Assembly (NCBI GenBank): GCA_028023455.1
Contig: JAQFVV010000005.1
Span: 20,770,001-20,834,000, forward strand
Length of the DNA: 64,000 bases
Origin: Epiperipatus broadwayi
Taxonomy: Eukaryota > Animalia > Onychophora
Reading direction: 5' to 3'
Part shown: positions 13,038 to 25,551 of the stretch, piece after piece
Layout of the letters: every line of letters begins with the position of its first letter
Position numbering within the stretch: the first letter of the stretch is position 1
Notes under the pieces: model-generated
Databases searched by the model: none
What the model was told of the DNA's origin: nothing
What the model saw: the letters and a program-made list of their open reading frames with translations, nothing else
Position numbers and translations under genes: made by a program

Positions 13038-15869
13038 ATATTCACTCATTTTGCTTATTTCCTTTTATGATAGTTATTCCTTTAATTCAAATTCAGTTCT
13101 ACTGATAGTATTAATCCCATCTTCTATATGTATAAGCATGTGCCACACTGCTATATCAGAGAAATATGAATATCTCACTTCTAAAAGAATTTAAAATATT
13201 TCACCCTGCCTGTCATATTTTTATCAGAAATAAATGAAATTATTATCCATAACAAAAAATTCTTATTGTATTGGAGACTTAATACACTTTAGAATATCAA
13301 CAAATATCATCAATGTATGCTAATGTTTACAAGCATTGAAGTTCACATAATAAATATTGAATTTTTAATATTAAACCTATTTGGCAACTCTAGATGATTC
13401 AACTTTGTAACTGCAATTGCATGATAAATGAATAAACATGCTTTATTTTCCTTGGTACTGCATTTTATTTCCAATGACTTATGCAGCAAATGTGGATTGT
13501 GATCTTATATTTATACATTCAAGCATTTCTACACAAACATTAAAGTTAACCCTTGAGATTTTATTCTAGTGATGATGTACTAGATTTATGAATGGAAGAC
13601 TTGAGTTTAAACCTGATGAAGAAGGACTAAAAAACTGTAATATAAAGAATAGACTTTTAAATATCTTAATCAATGCCATCTTATTCATTAGAATTTCTTA
13701 GCAGCCATTGTAGGAATTTTTATTACATAGAAACTTCTAAAAAAAGACCCCATCACAGTATATTGGAAGCTTGACTTTGTGGAAGGATGAATGGAATTGT
13801 GGGAAAGAATTATGAAGCACTATTAGAAATTCATTATTGCAAAGACAAGGATTAATGAAGCATCAAGTAATAATTAATTAAAGATTTTTTACAGAAAATA
13901 AAAACAAATAAATAAATTGCACAGAGTGTTTAAAACATTGAGTTTTGATGTAGTAAAAAAATTTGAGCAATTAGTATATCAAGAAATCATGTGACATTTG
14001 AACATCAAAAATGATGAGTTGAGTTCTCAAGTTTGCCACTCTATGATTACAATTAAACTGAATATGACCGAAAATAATTAAATCATCTAGTTTATTCTTG
14101 CAAGCACTTTTAATTCCAAGTGTTGAGTACAAATATGCAAAAAAAAAATTAAATATCACCATAACTCATAAACAATGGCAATTCTATTTTAGTAATGGAA
14201 TACATAAATAGAAATACCCAAAAAGCTAGTGTACCAGTAGACACATATTTTAATTATCATCCCTGGACATAAATCTCAATATAGTGACTAATAATCATTT
14301 ATATGCATTGCATTGACAGACATTATTATTGCAAGCCATATAATTTATGAACTACCGTATATAAAGTAGACATACTTTATTTTAAAAAAACAAATAATAT
14401 CTTGCAGTCTAATATAATTAAAAACGACTACCAGATCATAAAACAAAAAAAACAGCAAGATAAAGTCTCACAAATATTAATTCCAGATCATTCTGTCAAA
14501 GATCGTTTTTGTTAGCCACTAGATGTTATTTATATACAGTAACATTAATTCAATAGCTAACAAAAATAATCTTTTATTGGTTAAAAATTGATGATTTAGG
14601 CACTAATTTTTATGAGTCTTAAGAAACGTTTTGGTCATATGATCTGATAGTTATTTTTGATTATATTAGACTGTCCATTATTATTTATGTTTGGTTAGTG
14701 ACATGGTCTTTTTCAATGATAATTAAAATGAGTGCTTTAGAGGTTCTGCCTTTGAAAATAAAGTACACTGTAATGCCAAAATTATGTTATTATTGCGAAT
14801 ATTTGAAATACAATTAATTTCATCCTCATAATTTGTTGATGTCTGAATTTGTTATATATAATATCAAACAGCTTGAAAAAGAAAATTTCTTTACTTTGAC
14901 TAAAAATAGTAATTTGGGTATCAACATTTACGATCTTTACCGTGCTAGTTTTACAGATTTTATCATGTGATCTGGCAATTAGTGTCATATTCATAATAAT
15001 ATAACATTTGAGAGTTCATTTAAAGTCCAATGGTATCTAAAATAATAAATAATTGATTTTCTAACTATAAAAATTTAATAATTTTTAAATCCTGTTAATG
15101 GTTAATAGCTGGAGATATCATGTGACATTTGTGCAACAAACACGATAGATTGAGCTTTGAATAAAAAATGCTATTTTTTCAAGTCCATTATTCTATCATT
15201 GGACCTAAAGATAACTGATCCCCTTACTTTGTGGAAGTCACCATCAAAGCGAAAAACAAATGCTCATATATAACACCTATTCTGTTAGAGGGGTTTTTTA
15301 AATCAAAAATGTCACATGACTTCCTGTTTATATTTGTCATATGCTTTTTCAAAATAGTAATTTATTTTATTTCAGAGGCACCTATTGTATTCTTGACTAA
15401 TTAGTGGATATTAAATGATAAAGCTGATTTATATCCACAACCCCTGATTGCTTATTTTATATTTTAATATACTTTTTTTTAACATTTCAATCTCATTTTC
15501 ATTTATAAAGAAAAACTTTATCTATTTCGATTTATCATATTAAATTACAATCCATAAAACTGGCCGTTTTCTTCCTACAAACCAGAAATTAATTTGTATA
15601 CAAAATTAATTGAATTTGAAATATATTGGGAAGATAAAATCAGGAAGTGATTTTGTTTTCCTTCCAAAACTGCATATATGGATATTATAACAAATTACAA
15701 TTATTAATCTTTTCCAAGTTCTTTTAAAAATTTCTTTTTACTTCAAAAAATAACTGCAGCAACAAACATAATTTACAACTGCCTGATCAAAAAGCAAATT
15801 GCAAAAAGATTTTGAAATCAAGAAATCAATACTTCCACCATATAACTTATAAGATTTAGGAAAAAATAA

Positions 15870-16430
15870 TGACAAACCATGAGTGCCCTGAATGAATTGG
15901 CATTGTGGTAAAATGTCCGACTCTGACCTTAAGGTTCATGGTTTATAACCCAATGTTGCTACTTCTGGTGTTCGAACTTCTTACAACTTTTTGAGCAATA
16001 AATCATGTAATTATTTTTGGCCTCCATGATTTAGTGCAGTGATAAAGTAATGGACTCTGGAACTTAAAATACAAGGATCATGGTTTCAATAGGATCACTT
16101 CCAGAACTTGACTTTTTATGAATCCTCAAGCAATAAACCATTCGAATATTTAATCCCTTCATTGATTACTGCAGTAGTGGAGTAACAAACTCAAGAGCTA
16201 ATCATGTGAATTGCAGCTTAACTTTGTCACTTTTGATGTTCAAATATCTTATGACTTTCCTTGCAACTAATTATCTTCTCTATTAATGATAATGCAGTTG
16301 GGGAATGATGGACTGGTGAACTAATGTTTGATTCTCAGCTAAATACTTTGAATGGAGCTGTTGGTAATCATTGCTGCTTGATTACTCAAACATCACAAGG
16401 CCTCACAAGCAACTAACCATATTACTTTTC
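15870..16430 (+). mobile_element. Tandem array (4-5 units, about 115-125 bp) of degenerate tRNA-like SINE units
   Basis: Recurring TGCAGTG(G/A)TAAAGT(A/G)ATGGACTCTG...AAGGTTCATGGTT...GAGCAATAAA(C)CAT. Related units occur at 30165-30405 and 36040-36160. Confidence 0.55.
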
Positions 16431-18018
16431 ATTTATTTTATTATTTTTCAGAGACCTCATAAAAGCCAAAACATTCACTACTATCAACAATCACTTATTC
16501 AAAGAATTAAATAGAAAGAAATGGCAACCATTAGTGTTGACCAAGTAATTCATTCATTACGCTTATATACGCCTTTTTGTAAGAGAATCTGATTCAAGAA
16601 TCTAAGATTTCTGAATTGATTCTCAACAAAATTGAAACAAGAATGTCAAAATATCAGTATGTACAAATGAATGGAGGTTACTGTCATATAAATATTGCTT
16701 TGGTGGTTTACTATTGCATGACTTCTTACATTGTATTAAATACATGATCTTTAATATTACATGTAACATAAATTTCATAATTTTAATCAAATTCACACTA
16801 CTTTACTCAGAGCTGTTGATATAATTAATGGGCACCAGGTGGCACTATGAAGCAGATTCCCAGCCTAATTTCTGAATACAGTATTAACTTCCCTAATAAG
16901 AAACATTACTTTTCATATCTCCATACAAAGTTACTTTTTACTCTCACTATATGACAGAATAATATCTTAAAATTTTTGAATTTGCAACGATAAATATAAA
17001 TGTTTGGCGTCGGGTTAAAAATTATATATTTTATTTACTTCAGCTATAAATTAATTAAAAGCACCTTACTAAAAAAATCATTGCTTTTCATCCTTTATTT
17101 TGCATATAGTTGATTATAATAATCAAGCACATATATAATTATTCAATTCCAGAGCTACTTATGTAAGCATGAGTAATCAGAGGATGCAGACTATGCAAAA
17201 TAAGCTTTCAATTTACAAATAAATATTTGGAAAGTAGTTCATACATATGCTTTACACTTCTGATATCCATTGGCTTACTTAGATGATTTGTGAGTTACAT
17301 AGTTGTGATCACATTCACATAAATGTAGGAGAAAAAGTCAGGTGTTCTTTTTAGCATCTATCATTTTTTTAAAAATCAAAAATGATAATTGAGGTGACTA
17401 ATATAAGTAGTTTCTGACTGAGAATCAGGATTATATACTCATTTAGGCCAATGTGCCTCGATTGAAAATCTTAGAATATTTTAAATTTTCAAGCCATTAA
17501 TTTGATAATATGATAAGAGTAAAATGTGGACATTGAATAAAGATGTGCAAACCAGACCAAAGAGGAAATGAATCTAAAACATTTGCTACTCAACAAAATT
17601 GTCTTATTAATAAGCCAATGTATCAGGGTTATGTATAACTGAATAAAAAAATAGAGGATATTTTTAAAATTATGATACTATTGTAAAATTAGTAGAAGTT
17701 AAAAGTTGCAGTGAAAAGAAATATTCTTGTAATAAATTATCCTTATTATGCATAAACAATATAGGGAGGTTCATGGCAGTATGAAAGTAGACCAGAGCTC
17801 ATTACAATATAAGATATTAGAAATGATGATCAAACTCTCAATTGTGATGATGAAGTGTTATCTTTTGTTCTAAATGCCACCAAATTTCTTAGTTAACCGC
17901 CTTCTTTTGGTCAAAGAATTTAATATGCAAACACTATTTTTACTAAAAAAAAATCCTGAAAATAAATATTATTATTGATTATTTAGCATACCACAATTTT
18001 TTATTTCTATTATAATTG

Positions 18019-18265
18019 GAACTTGTAATTTAGTATACAATTTTTTTAAAATTGTTTGCAGATTACATCATAAGGTAAGTAAAACAACTATTAAATAGCT
18101 TATTATAGAGCAACAGATTTTAATATCTTCATAAAGAACCAGAACTTGTAATTTAGTAAACAATTTTTTTACAAATTGTTTGCAGATTACATCATAAGGT
18201 AAGTAAAACAACTATTAAATAGCTTATTATAGAGCAACAGATTTTAATAGCTTCATAAAGAACCA
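18019..18265. repeat. Near-identical tandem duplication, 123-bp period
   Basis: GAACTTGTAATTTAGTA...CTTCATAAAGAACCA at 18019-18141 and 18142-18265 with only a few differences. Confidence 0.95.
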
Positions 18266-20448
18266 ATAAATGACATAATTATTCATTAGATTTCCAGACT
18301 GTGAAAGTTAGAGCAGTTTTTTATTTTTATTTAGTTTTTAGATAAGAAAAGTTATATATCTATTGTTGAATTCACTATCATTCAATTACCTGTAAGAAAA
18401 TGCAGTCTTATTAGAATCTAAAACAACCTTCAAGTTTAACCAATTCAAATTCAAGTTTTAAGCATCATAAGATTTGCATATATTTCATGTTATTATGCCC
18501 AGATGTTGAAAATTAACGAATGTGCAAATACATACATGAATAATTAGTTTACTAATGTATATATAAGCCCTAAGCATAAGTGTTACACTTATGGTTTTAA
18601 AAGACTTATTGATGGGTGAGCGCACGTAAATTTAATCTTATAGCGCATGTGTGAAGATTAATTTTTTTCCACATTACAATTATATACATTGCTCACTAAA
18701 TTATTTTCTATATATACATATAACAAAATTGGCTTTTGCCATGTATTTCTAATTTGAATGTATAAAAAGATGCTTCAATGTCACAGTTCTGAGATAAAAT
18801 AATTATAATGATAAGATAATTGTTGATTTACTCTATGCATTAAAAAGACTGACTAACTATTGATTTATAACTTTGCATGTGGTTTGATGAATCAAACATT
18901 GTTTCATATATTTTAGGGCGGTTTGATGTATCTTGGATGTAATACACATTTCTAGCAGGTTATGAATATACTTAACACTTTTTTTTTTTTAACTATATAA
19001 CATATAATTTGGAAAGTTAAAATTTTATAAAGAATGTATTATTGAATTATTACTACATAAAAAAAATAATCAATGGCTTTATTTCTCAAGAGTTTATACA
19101 AAGTTTGAGCACCAAAACTGGGTTTGATTTTAAGCACCAAACACTCTCATTATACTATTGCACATAAAACTGTGCAGGATGTTTTATTCATAGAATCTTT
19201 TAACCTGGGAAGAAAGATTACCTCAGAAAGACCAAGAGTTCTGAATTTTGATGGTCATACTAAACTAACTTATATTTTATTCGTTTTTTTGCTGTTCATA
19301 CGTGTGTGCAAGTCACAGAAAAAGTTATGTAGTTTTATTAAGAAGCTACATTTTTAAAGATTTTTTAAACAATTTAAAAAAAAGTTAACTGATACCCCTT
19401 ACAAATTGCAAAAGAATTGAAAAGATAAAATTTCTTTGTAAATCTTCTAACATCTATAATTTTCTTTTTAAACTGAAGCAATACAAAATAATGTAAAAAG
19501 TATACCTAATGTTTTTGTTACATAATACTTTTGTTTGAAAGATATGAAATTACAGCAAATTTCTTTTTAAATTAAAGCAGTGCAAAGTATTTTTATTCAC
19601 AAGATATAATATTACAATAGGTTATATACATTATTTCATATTTATATAAGTTATTGATAGCTATTAATCTAAAAGCAAAAAATAAATATCCACTGAGGAT
19701 TTTTTTCTAAAGGCATCAAGATGGAAAATCCATATAAACTTAAACCTTTGTCTGTCACTGGAAAGGCATTTTATCGGTACTGCTATATCAAGCAGAGCGC
19801 TTCTCAAGATGGCTCCGGAATGGATTTAACATTATTATAATTATCTTATTGTTTTTCAGAATAGATGGAATCTGTAACTAGGCAAAAAAATCATGTTTAC
19901 ATGATAGCAAATAAGCTGTAATAGATATCATTACTGGTTTGATTAATGTGCTTCTAAAAAAAGTAAAAAGATAAGTAGTTTTCATGTAATAATTACATTG
20001 AAATAAGTAACTGGGACATGAGTGCTTTATGAACTATTTATATTCTGTCAAGTATTTATATTTCTAAATGTTGCATATTTAAGCAGCAGTAAAAATCAAT
20101 TACATGAGACTAAAATTATTAATAAATTCATGCATACATTTTATGTATTTATAAGTTTTTTGTAAATAATTTGGGATGGAAAATATGCAATTTTATTGCA
20201 TAATCTTTATTACATTTATTTTATCAATGGATTTTTTTTATTGGTGATATTGTAAAACTATTTAATACTTTTATAATTTGTAGAACTTAAAAAAAAAAAA
20301 TCTTTCTGAATGTATAAACAATAATAAAAAAATGATCATGAAAGATTCTTAGCGCACATTAAGAGTCCTTTTTTTATTATGAATATACAAAATTAACAAA
20401 GCGTATGCCACACTTGAATGAGAAGCTATAAAGATACACAGAAATTAT

Positions 20449-20496
20449 TACACGCTAAGCGCTTTCGAGGCCTTTTGCCTCATATTCATAGCGGTA
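20449..20496 (-). ncRNA. Type I hammerhead ribozyme with A3-U8 core variant
   Basis: Minus strand TAC CGCT ATGAATA T GAGGC AAAAG GCCTC GAA AGCGCT T AGCG T GTA. Helix I is CGCT/AGCG (extendable), helix II is a perfect 5 bp, and helix III is the palindrome AGCGCT. Confidence 0.65.
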
Positions 20497-21035
20497 CTGT
20501 GAGCTGCAGAACGAAAAAATAGGGCAAGGAAACAAAACAGTATGCAAAGCATATGCAAATGAACTAGATAGTCCAACATTTGGAGATATAAATATAACAA
20601 AAATGTAAAAAAAAAAAATTTCCAATAATAATTAAAGAGATATGACTGCTAAGAATTAAAGCATATTGAAGAATATCTTCTCTTCCAAAATGTCAGCTGA
20701 ATTTCTTAAAATAGTAATACAGTCAATTAGTGTTGGTATTCTTCTCACATTGCACTGGAAGTTAAAATCTAATTACCAATTAAAATCAATGGGACATAAG
20801 AATAGCACTGAAACCAAATTTCTATGACTAGTTTCTAGGTAATTGGTCATTTTCTGATCACAAACACTTAATTTTCACTGCCACCTATGTTTACATTTTA
20901 ATTTCGAAAATGGACATAAATTAAGTGCATTTTTGAAAATCATGTAAAACAAATAAAATGAAAATGTAAAATAGCAAACATTATATCATAAAGGTAAACT
21001 ATAGCCAACTTAATAACTTCATTTATAACACAAAT

Positions 21036-21972
21036 AACAATAGAAAACTCTCCAGACGATAGTGCCACCCAGTGCTAACCTTAGTAATCAATGGAAGCAG
21101 GCAGGTTTGTGCATAAAATCCCCATCTAGTTCATACTCATCCAATATCTCCAGACTAGTTTTTAACTTGTGGCTTTCATCAGTGAGGAGTTTCAGATCTG
21201 AGAACACTGAACCTAGATCTAAGGATCTAATGCAATTCTCCAGCAATCACCTTTTATCTATTTAGTTAACTATAAATCTAGGAGCTCAAGATAAAAACAT
21301 TTTAATGTTTTCAATTAATATCATTCATTAGTACAGTCATATAGATCTGAACCTAGTTCAGTATCTATACATTTTGGTGTCCTTGGTTTTCAAAAACCAT
21401 AATCATCATCATTCCATGATCAGGAATGATATAAAACCAACAAAGTATTACATGATCACCATTTCTTATGCTTACTTAAGATGTTATTAACAGTAGCAAA
21501 CTCTCCATATAGTATTGCCATCCAGCACAAATCTTAGTAATTAATGGATGCAAGAAGGTTTGTGTATTAAATTCCCACCTACTGCCTACACATTCAATAT
21601 CCCCAGAATAGTTTCGCGGTTTTCGTCAGTAAGGAACTTTGGATCTGAAAGCACTGCAGATAAATTTAAGGATCTGAAAGGTTTCTGCTTAGGACTGCAT
21701 TAGATCATTAGATCTAAGTGCAGTGCTCTCGGATCCAAAGCTCATCACTTATGAAAGCCACAAGATAGAAAGTAGTTTGGGAATATTGGATGAGTAGACA
21801 CTAGATGGGGATTTTATGCACAAATCTTCCTGCATCTACTGATTACTAAGGCTTGCATTGGGTGATACTATTGTATGGAGAGTTTGCTAAGGAATGGGAT
21901 AGAAGAATAGATGTCTTAATAAAGAATAGGGGAGTTGGAGAGATGGGGATCTAGTATGGAGAGTAAAAAGAG

Positions 21973-22034
<62 letters not shown>

Positions 22035-22594
22035 TAAACAGAATACTGTGTGCGAGTTAATTTATGATAATAGCAAGGAAAGTAGTTTACTGTTTAAGGC
22101 TCGACATGATCTTTAGCAACAAAGGAATGTACACATAAATCACAAAATGTGGGTGATTTATTCTGCAAGTTGTGTGAGGAAGGCATAGAAAATATTAGGC
22201 ATCTGTTAATTGAATGTAAATGCCTGCAAGCAGAAAGGATACAAATAATGAAGTTGAGGAAGAGTAAATATAAACAAAGTGATTATACAGAAAGTGGGTT
22301 CTTGATTTTTATGCTGAGTTTGGGAAAAGAGGAATTAGATATAAGGTCATGAAATTGACAAAGATTATGTTGTGGAAATAAGACGGTGTAGGATAGAAAA
22401 CAATGTGAAAAAAATTTAGGGCAGGAAATGGAAAAGGATGGTAAAGTGGCTAACAGGTTTCTCTAGGCATAGTGGCTGAGAGATTCCGGACTCCGAATAA
22501 GAAAAAGTCACGGTGCACCACATTGCATTACTGTTAATAACAGTTTGTGTAAGCATAGGAATGGCGATCATGTGATGTTTTGTTGCTTTTGTAT
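21036..22594. mobile_element. ~450-bp HHR repeat array: one full unit, a partial second unit, then an inverted arm interrupted by a LINE fragment
   Basis: Unit starts at 21043 and 21496 (period about 453). The inverted arm runs 21700-21889 and resumes at 22531-22594. Degenerate HHR cores lie near 21135-21190, 21595-21645 and 21730-21790. Confidence 0.85.
21890..22530 (+). mobile_element. 5'-truncated 3' end of the APE/esterase-type LINE (same family as 57969-63549), with an internal (TA)n expansion at 21975-22030
   Basis: ORF 22149-22352 CKLCEEGIENIRHLLIECKCL (CCHC-type C-terminus) and a 3' UTR matching the reverse complement of 61863-62000. Confidence 0.9.
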
Positions 22595-23225
22595 TACAAA
22601 TAACAGGAATAAAGTATTTTGAAAAAGTTAATATTTGTAAAAATATCATAATAAGTAATCACTCAAATTGAAAACACAATTTATATCCAAATATACATCA
22701 TTATAGTTAATCTTACGATCTGAAGTAATGAACAATTTGAAAGAGAATAATTAAATCTGGATTATCAGCAGATCAACAAGCAAATGTCATCAGATATCCA
22801 TATGATACAAATAATTAAATTGTTTTATTCCTCAGGAGTTTATAAAAAGTTTAATCATTAAAAGTTACAAAATAAGCCATGAATCATGAATGCCAAATCT
22901 AGAGTCTAACTCTGCATTAAATCAGTCGTCTAAAAAATATTAAATAAATAAAAAAAACATTGAAGGCTTGCTCTAAAATTACTCTACTGCAAATTTAAAC
23001 AATCAAGCAGTATTTTATTGAGAGGACATGTGATATTGAGTACCAGAAGTGATGGGTTGAGTTTAAATATAAAAATCTTTAGATTGCAAGACTATCCTTT
23101 TAACATTACATTAAACTGCGCATGGAAATTTTTACATTTAAAAACAAATAAAAACTGTAATTATACATATGTGATTTTTTCACACATGTTAGTGAAGCTG
23201 TAATTATACTATGTTTAATATGCCT

Positions 23226-23270
23226 GCTTAGTGCTTTCAAGATTTAGTATTCTAATCTCATACTCATAGC
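23226..23270 (-). ncRNA. HHR motif (A3-U8 variant) in the inverted Penelope terminal repeat
   Basis: GCT ATGAGTA T GAGATT AGAATACTA AATCTT GAA AGCACT A AGC. Confidence 0.55.
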
Positions 23271-25506
23271 TTTACAAATGAAGACTGTTGTGATTTATTG
23301 TACACATATGCAAATGAGTGTGAATTTTTAATTAGTTAGTCCATTGTTTGGAGAGAGCAAAGCATGCCTCTCTTCTATTAATGGAACTGAGATCATTTGC
23401 TATGTAAAAAGCTTCTTTGACCTTTCTTTTGGCATCACTCTTCTCTGTGCAAATTATTTGGGCAGAACTGGGTTCATATACATGGCCTGTAGCTGCTTGG
23501 TGGTCCCAGAAGATTGATGTTCCTTCATTTTTTATTTTTAACCCTGTTGAATGCATACCTGTGTTGGTAAATTCTTGTGTTGATGTTAGCCTGAGTCTCA
23601 CCATAGTAAGATGCCTGGCAGTCTAATTGAGGGCATGCTACTTTATAGACCACATGAGGGGCTTAATCTTTTTCTATTTTATCTTTAATATTATTATTAT
23701 ATCACTAAATTTGAAATCATTAGTCAATTTTTTGTAATTTTTAAGTTACATTATATAAATGGAATATTAATTTTCATATTATCTTTAGCTTTTTTATTGA
23801 TTTTCTATAAAATGTAACTCAATTGTATGCATCAAAGAGGATAAAGGCAATAGTTGTCTTAATTTCAAGAGCTGAGTACACAAACAAAATGGAAGAGCAG
23901 ATCAACAAACTTAAGTTCACAAGCATAACTGAAAACAATAATAAAATAAACAAAGATAGATTCCTATCCAATATATTACGGACTCATAAAGATAAAACAC
24001 TATTTAGGGCTGAATATTTCAGAATCTATCCATCATCTTCCATACCACTTAGAATGTTTGCCAACATAAAAATGCATAAAAAAAACTCTCCTCTCAGATT
24101 AATGCTTGACTTTGGAGGTGTCTATTATTTCCAAACTGCAAAAATGATCAACCTATGGCTTATAGATTCCCTGGGATTTGGAAACCACACTGTCAAATCA
24201 TCATTTGAATTTGTGGAAAGAATAAAAAATGCTAAAATAGATTTAGAACACAAAATGACTGTATGCGATGTCAATGAACTCTATGGCTCAATTAACAGAA
24301 AAACCTCCATTGTCATCATCAAAGATGAACTAAATAAGAAAAATTATCCAACAAAATGAATTGATTTTATAATAGAATTCTTGAAGTGGCTGGATAACAA
24401 CATATTGGCTAAATTTGAAAACAAATGGTATGTTATGAATGACGGTTGGCCAATGGGACTGCCAATGAGTGGAATTGTTGCTAGTATCATCATAAACCAT
24501 TATGAGAGCCAAATTCTTCCAAAACACTTCACAACAGAACCAACTCTCATATACATTCGATATGTTGATGACATTTTTATTGCAACAAAACCTTCCACCA
24601 CTATCGACATACAAAATGAAATTCAAGCCATCTCAGGATTAACCCTCAGTAGAATGGATGAAAACAAGGAACAAGAAATAAAATATCTAGACTTGATAAT
24701 AAAAAGAGAGAACACATACCTAGATTATAAAATGGATAATTAAACCACTGTACATAAGAGGTTACACAAGTCCAAAGTCTAATACCCCCAACACGTATAA
24801 ATGGGCAAGTATGAATGCTTTCCTATTCAGAAATCACCATTTATGTAAATACATAGTGGATAGGAAAAACAATATCTATAAATATATAAAGGAAATGACC
24901 AACATAGGTTTTAAACCCAGTACTATCCATCAGAGAATAAAAACATTTTATAGAAAACTCAATAATAAACAGCCTAAAGACAATATGAAATACTTAACTA
25001 TTCCATTTATACCTAATGTAACTTGAAAAATTGTTAAAAAATTGACTAATGATTTCAAATTTAACTTTAAAACACCTCCTAACACTAACTCTAAAGATAA
25101 AATAGAAAAAGATCAAGCCCCTCATGTAGTCTATAAAATAGCATGACCTCAATTAGGCTGCCAGGCATCTTACTATGGTGAGACTCGGGCTAACATCAAC
25201 ACAAGAATTTACCAACACAGGTATGCATTCAACAAGGTTAAAAATAAAAATGAAGGAACATCAATCTTCTGGGACCACCAAGCAGCTAAGGCCATGTATT
25301 CGAACCCAGTTCTGCCCAAATAATTTGCACAGAGAAGAGTGATGCCAAAAGAAAGGTCAAAGAAGCTTTTTACATAGCAAATGATCTCAGTGCCATTAAT
25401 AGAAGAGAAGTATGCTTTGCTCTCTCCAAACAACGGATTAACTAATTAAAAATTCAAGCTCATTTGCATATGTGTACAATAAATCACAACATTCTTCATT
25501 CATAAA

Positions 25507-25551
25507 TCTATGAGTATGAGATTAGAATACTAAATCTCGAAAGTGCTAAGC
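25507..25551 (+). ncRNA. HHR motif (A3-U8 variant) in the Penelope 3' terminal repeat
   Basis: TCT ATGAGTA T GAGATT AGAATACTA AATCTC GAA AGTGCT A AGC. With the other arm (AGCACT) this implies an ancestral AGCGCT palindrome altered by CpG decay. Confidence 0.55.
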
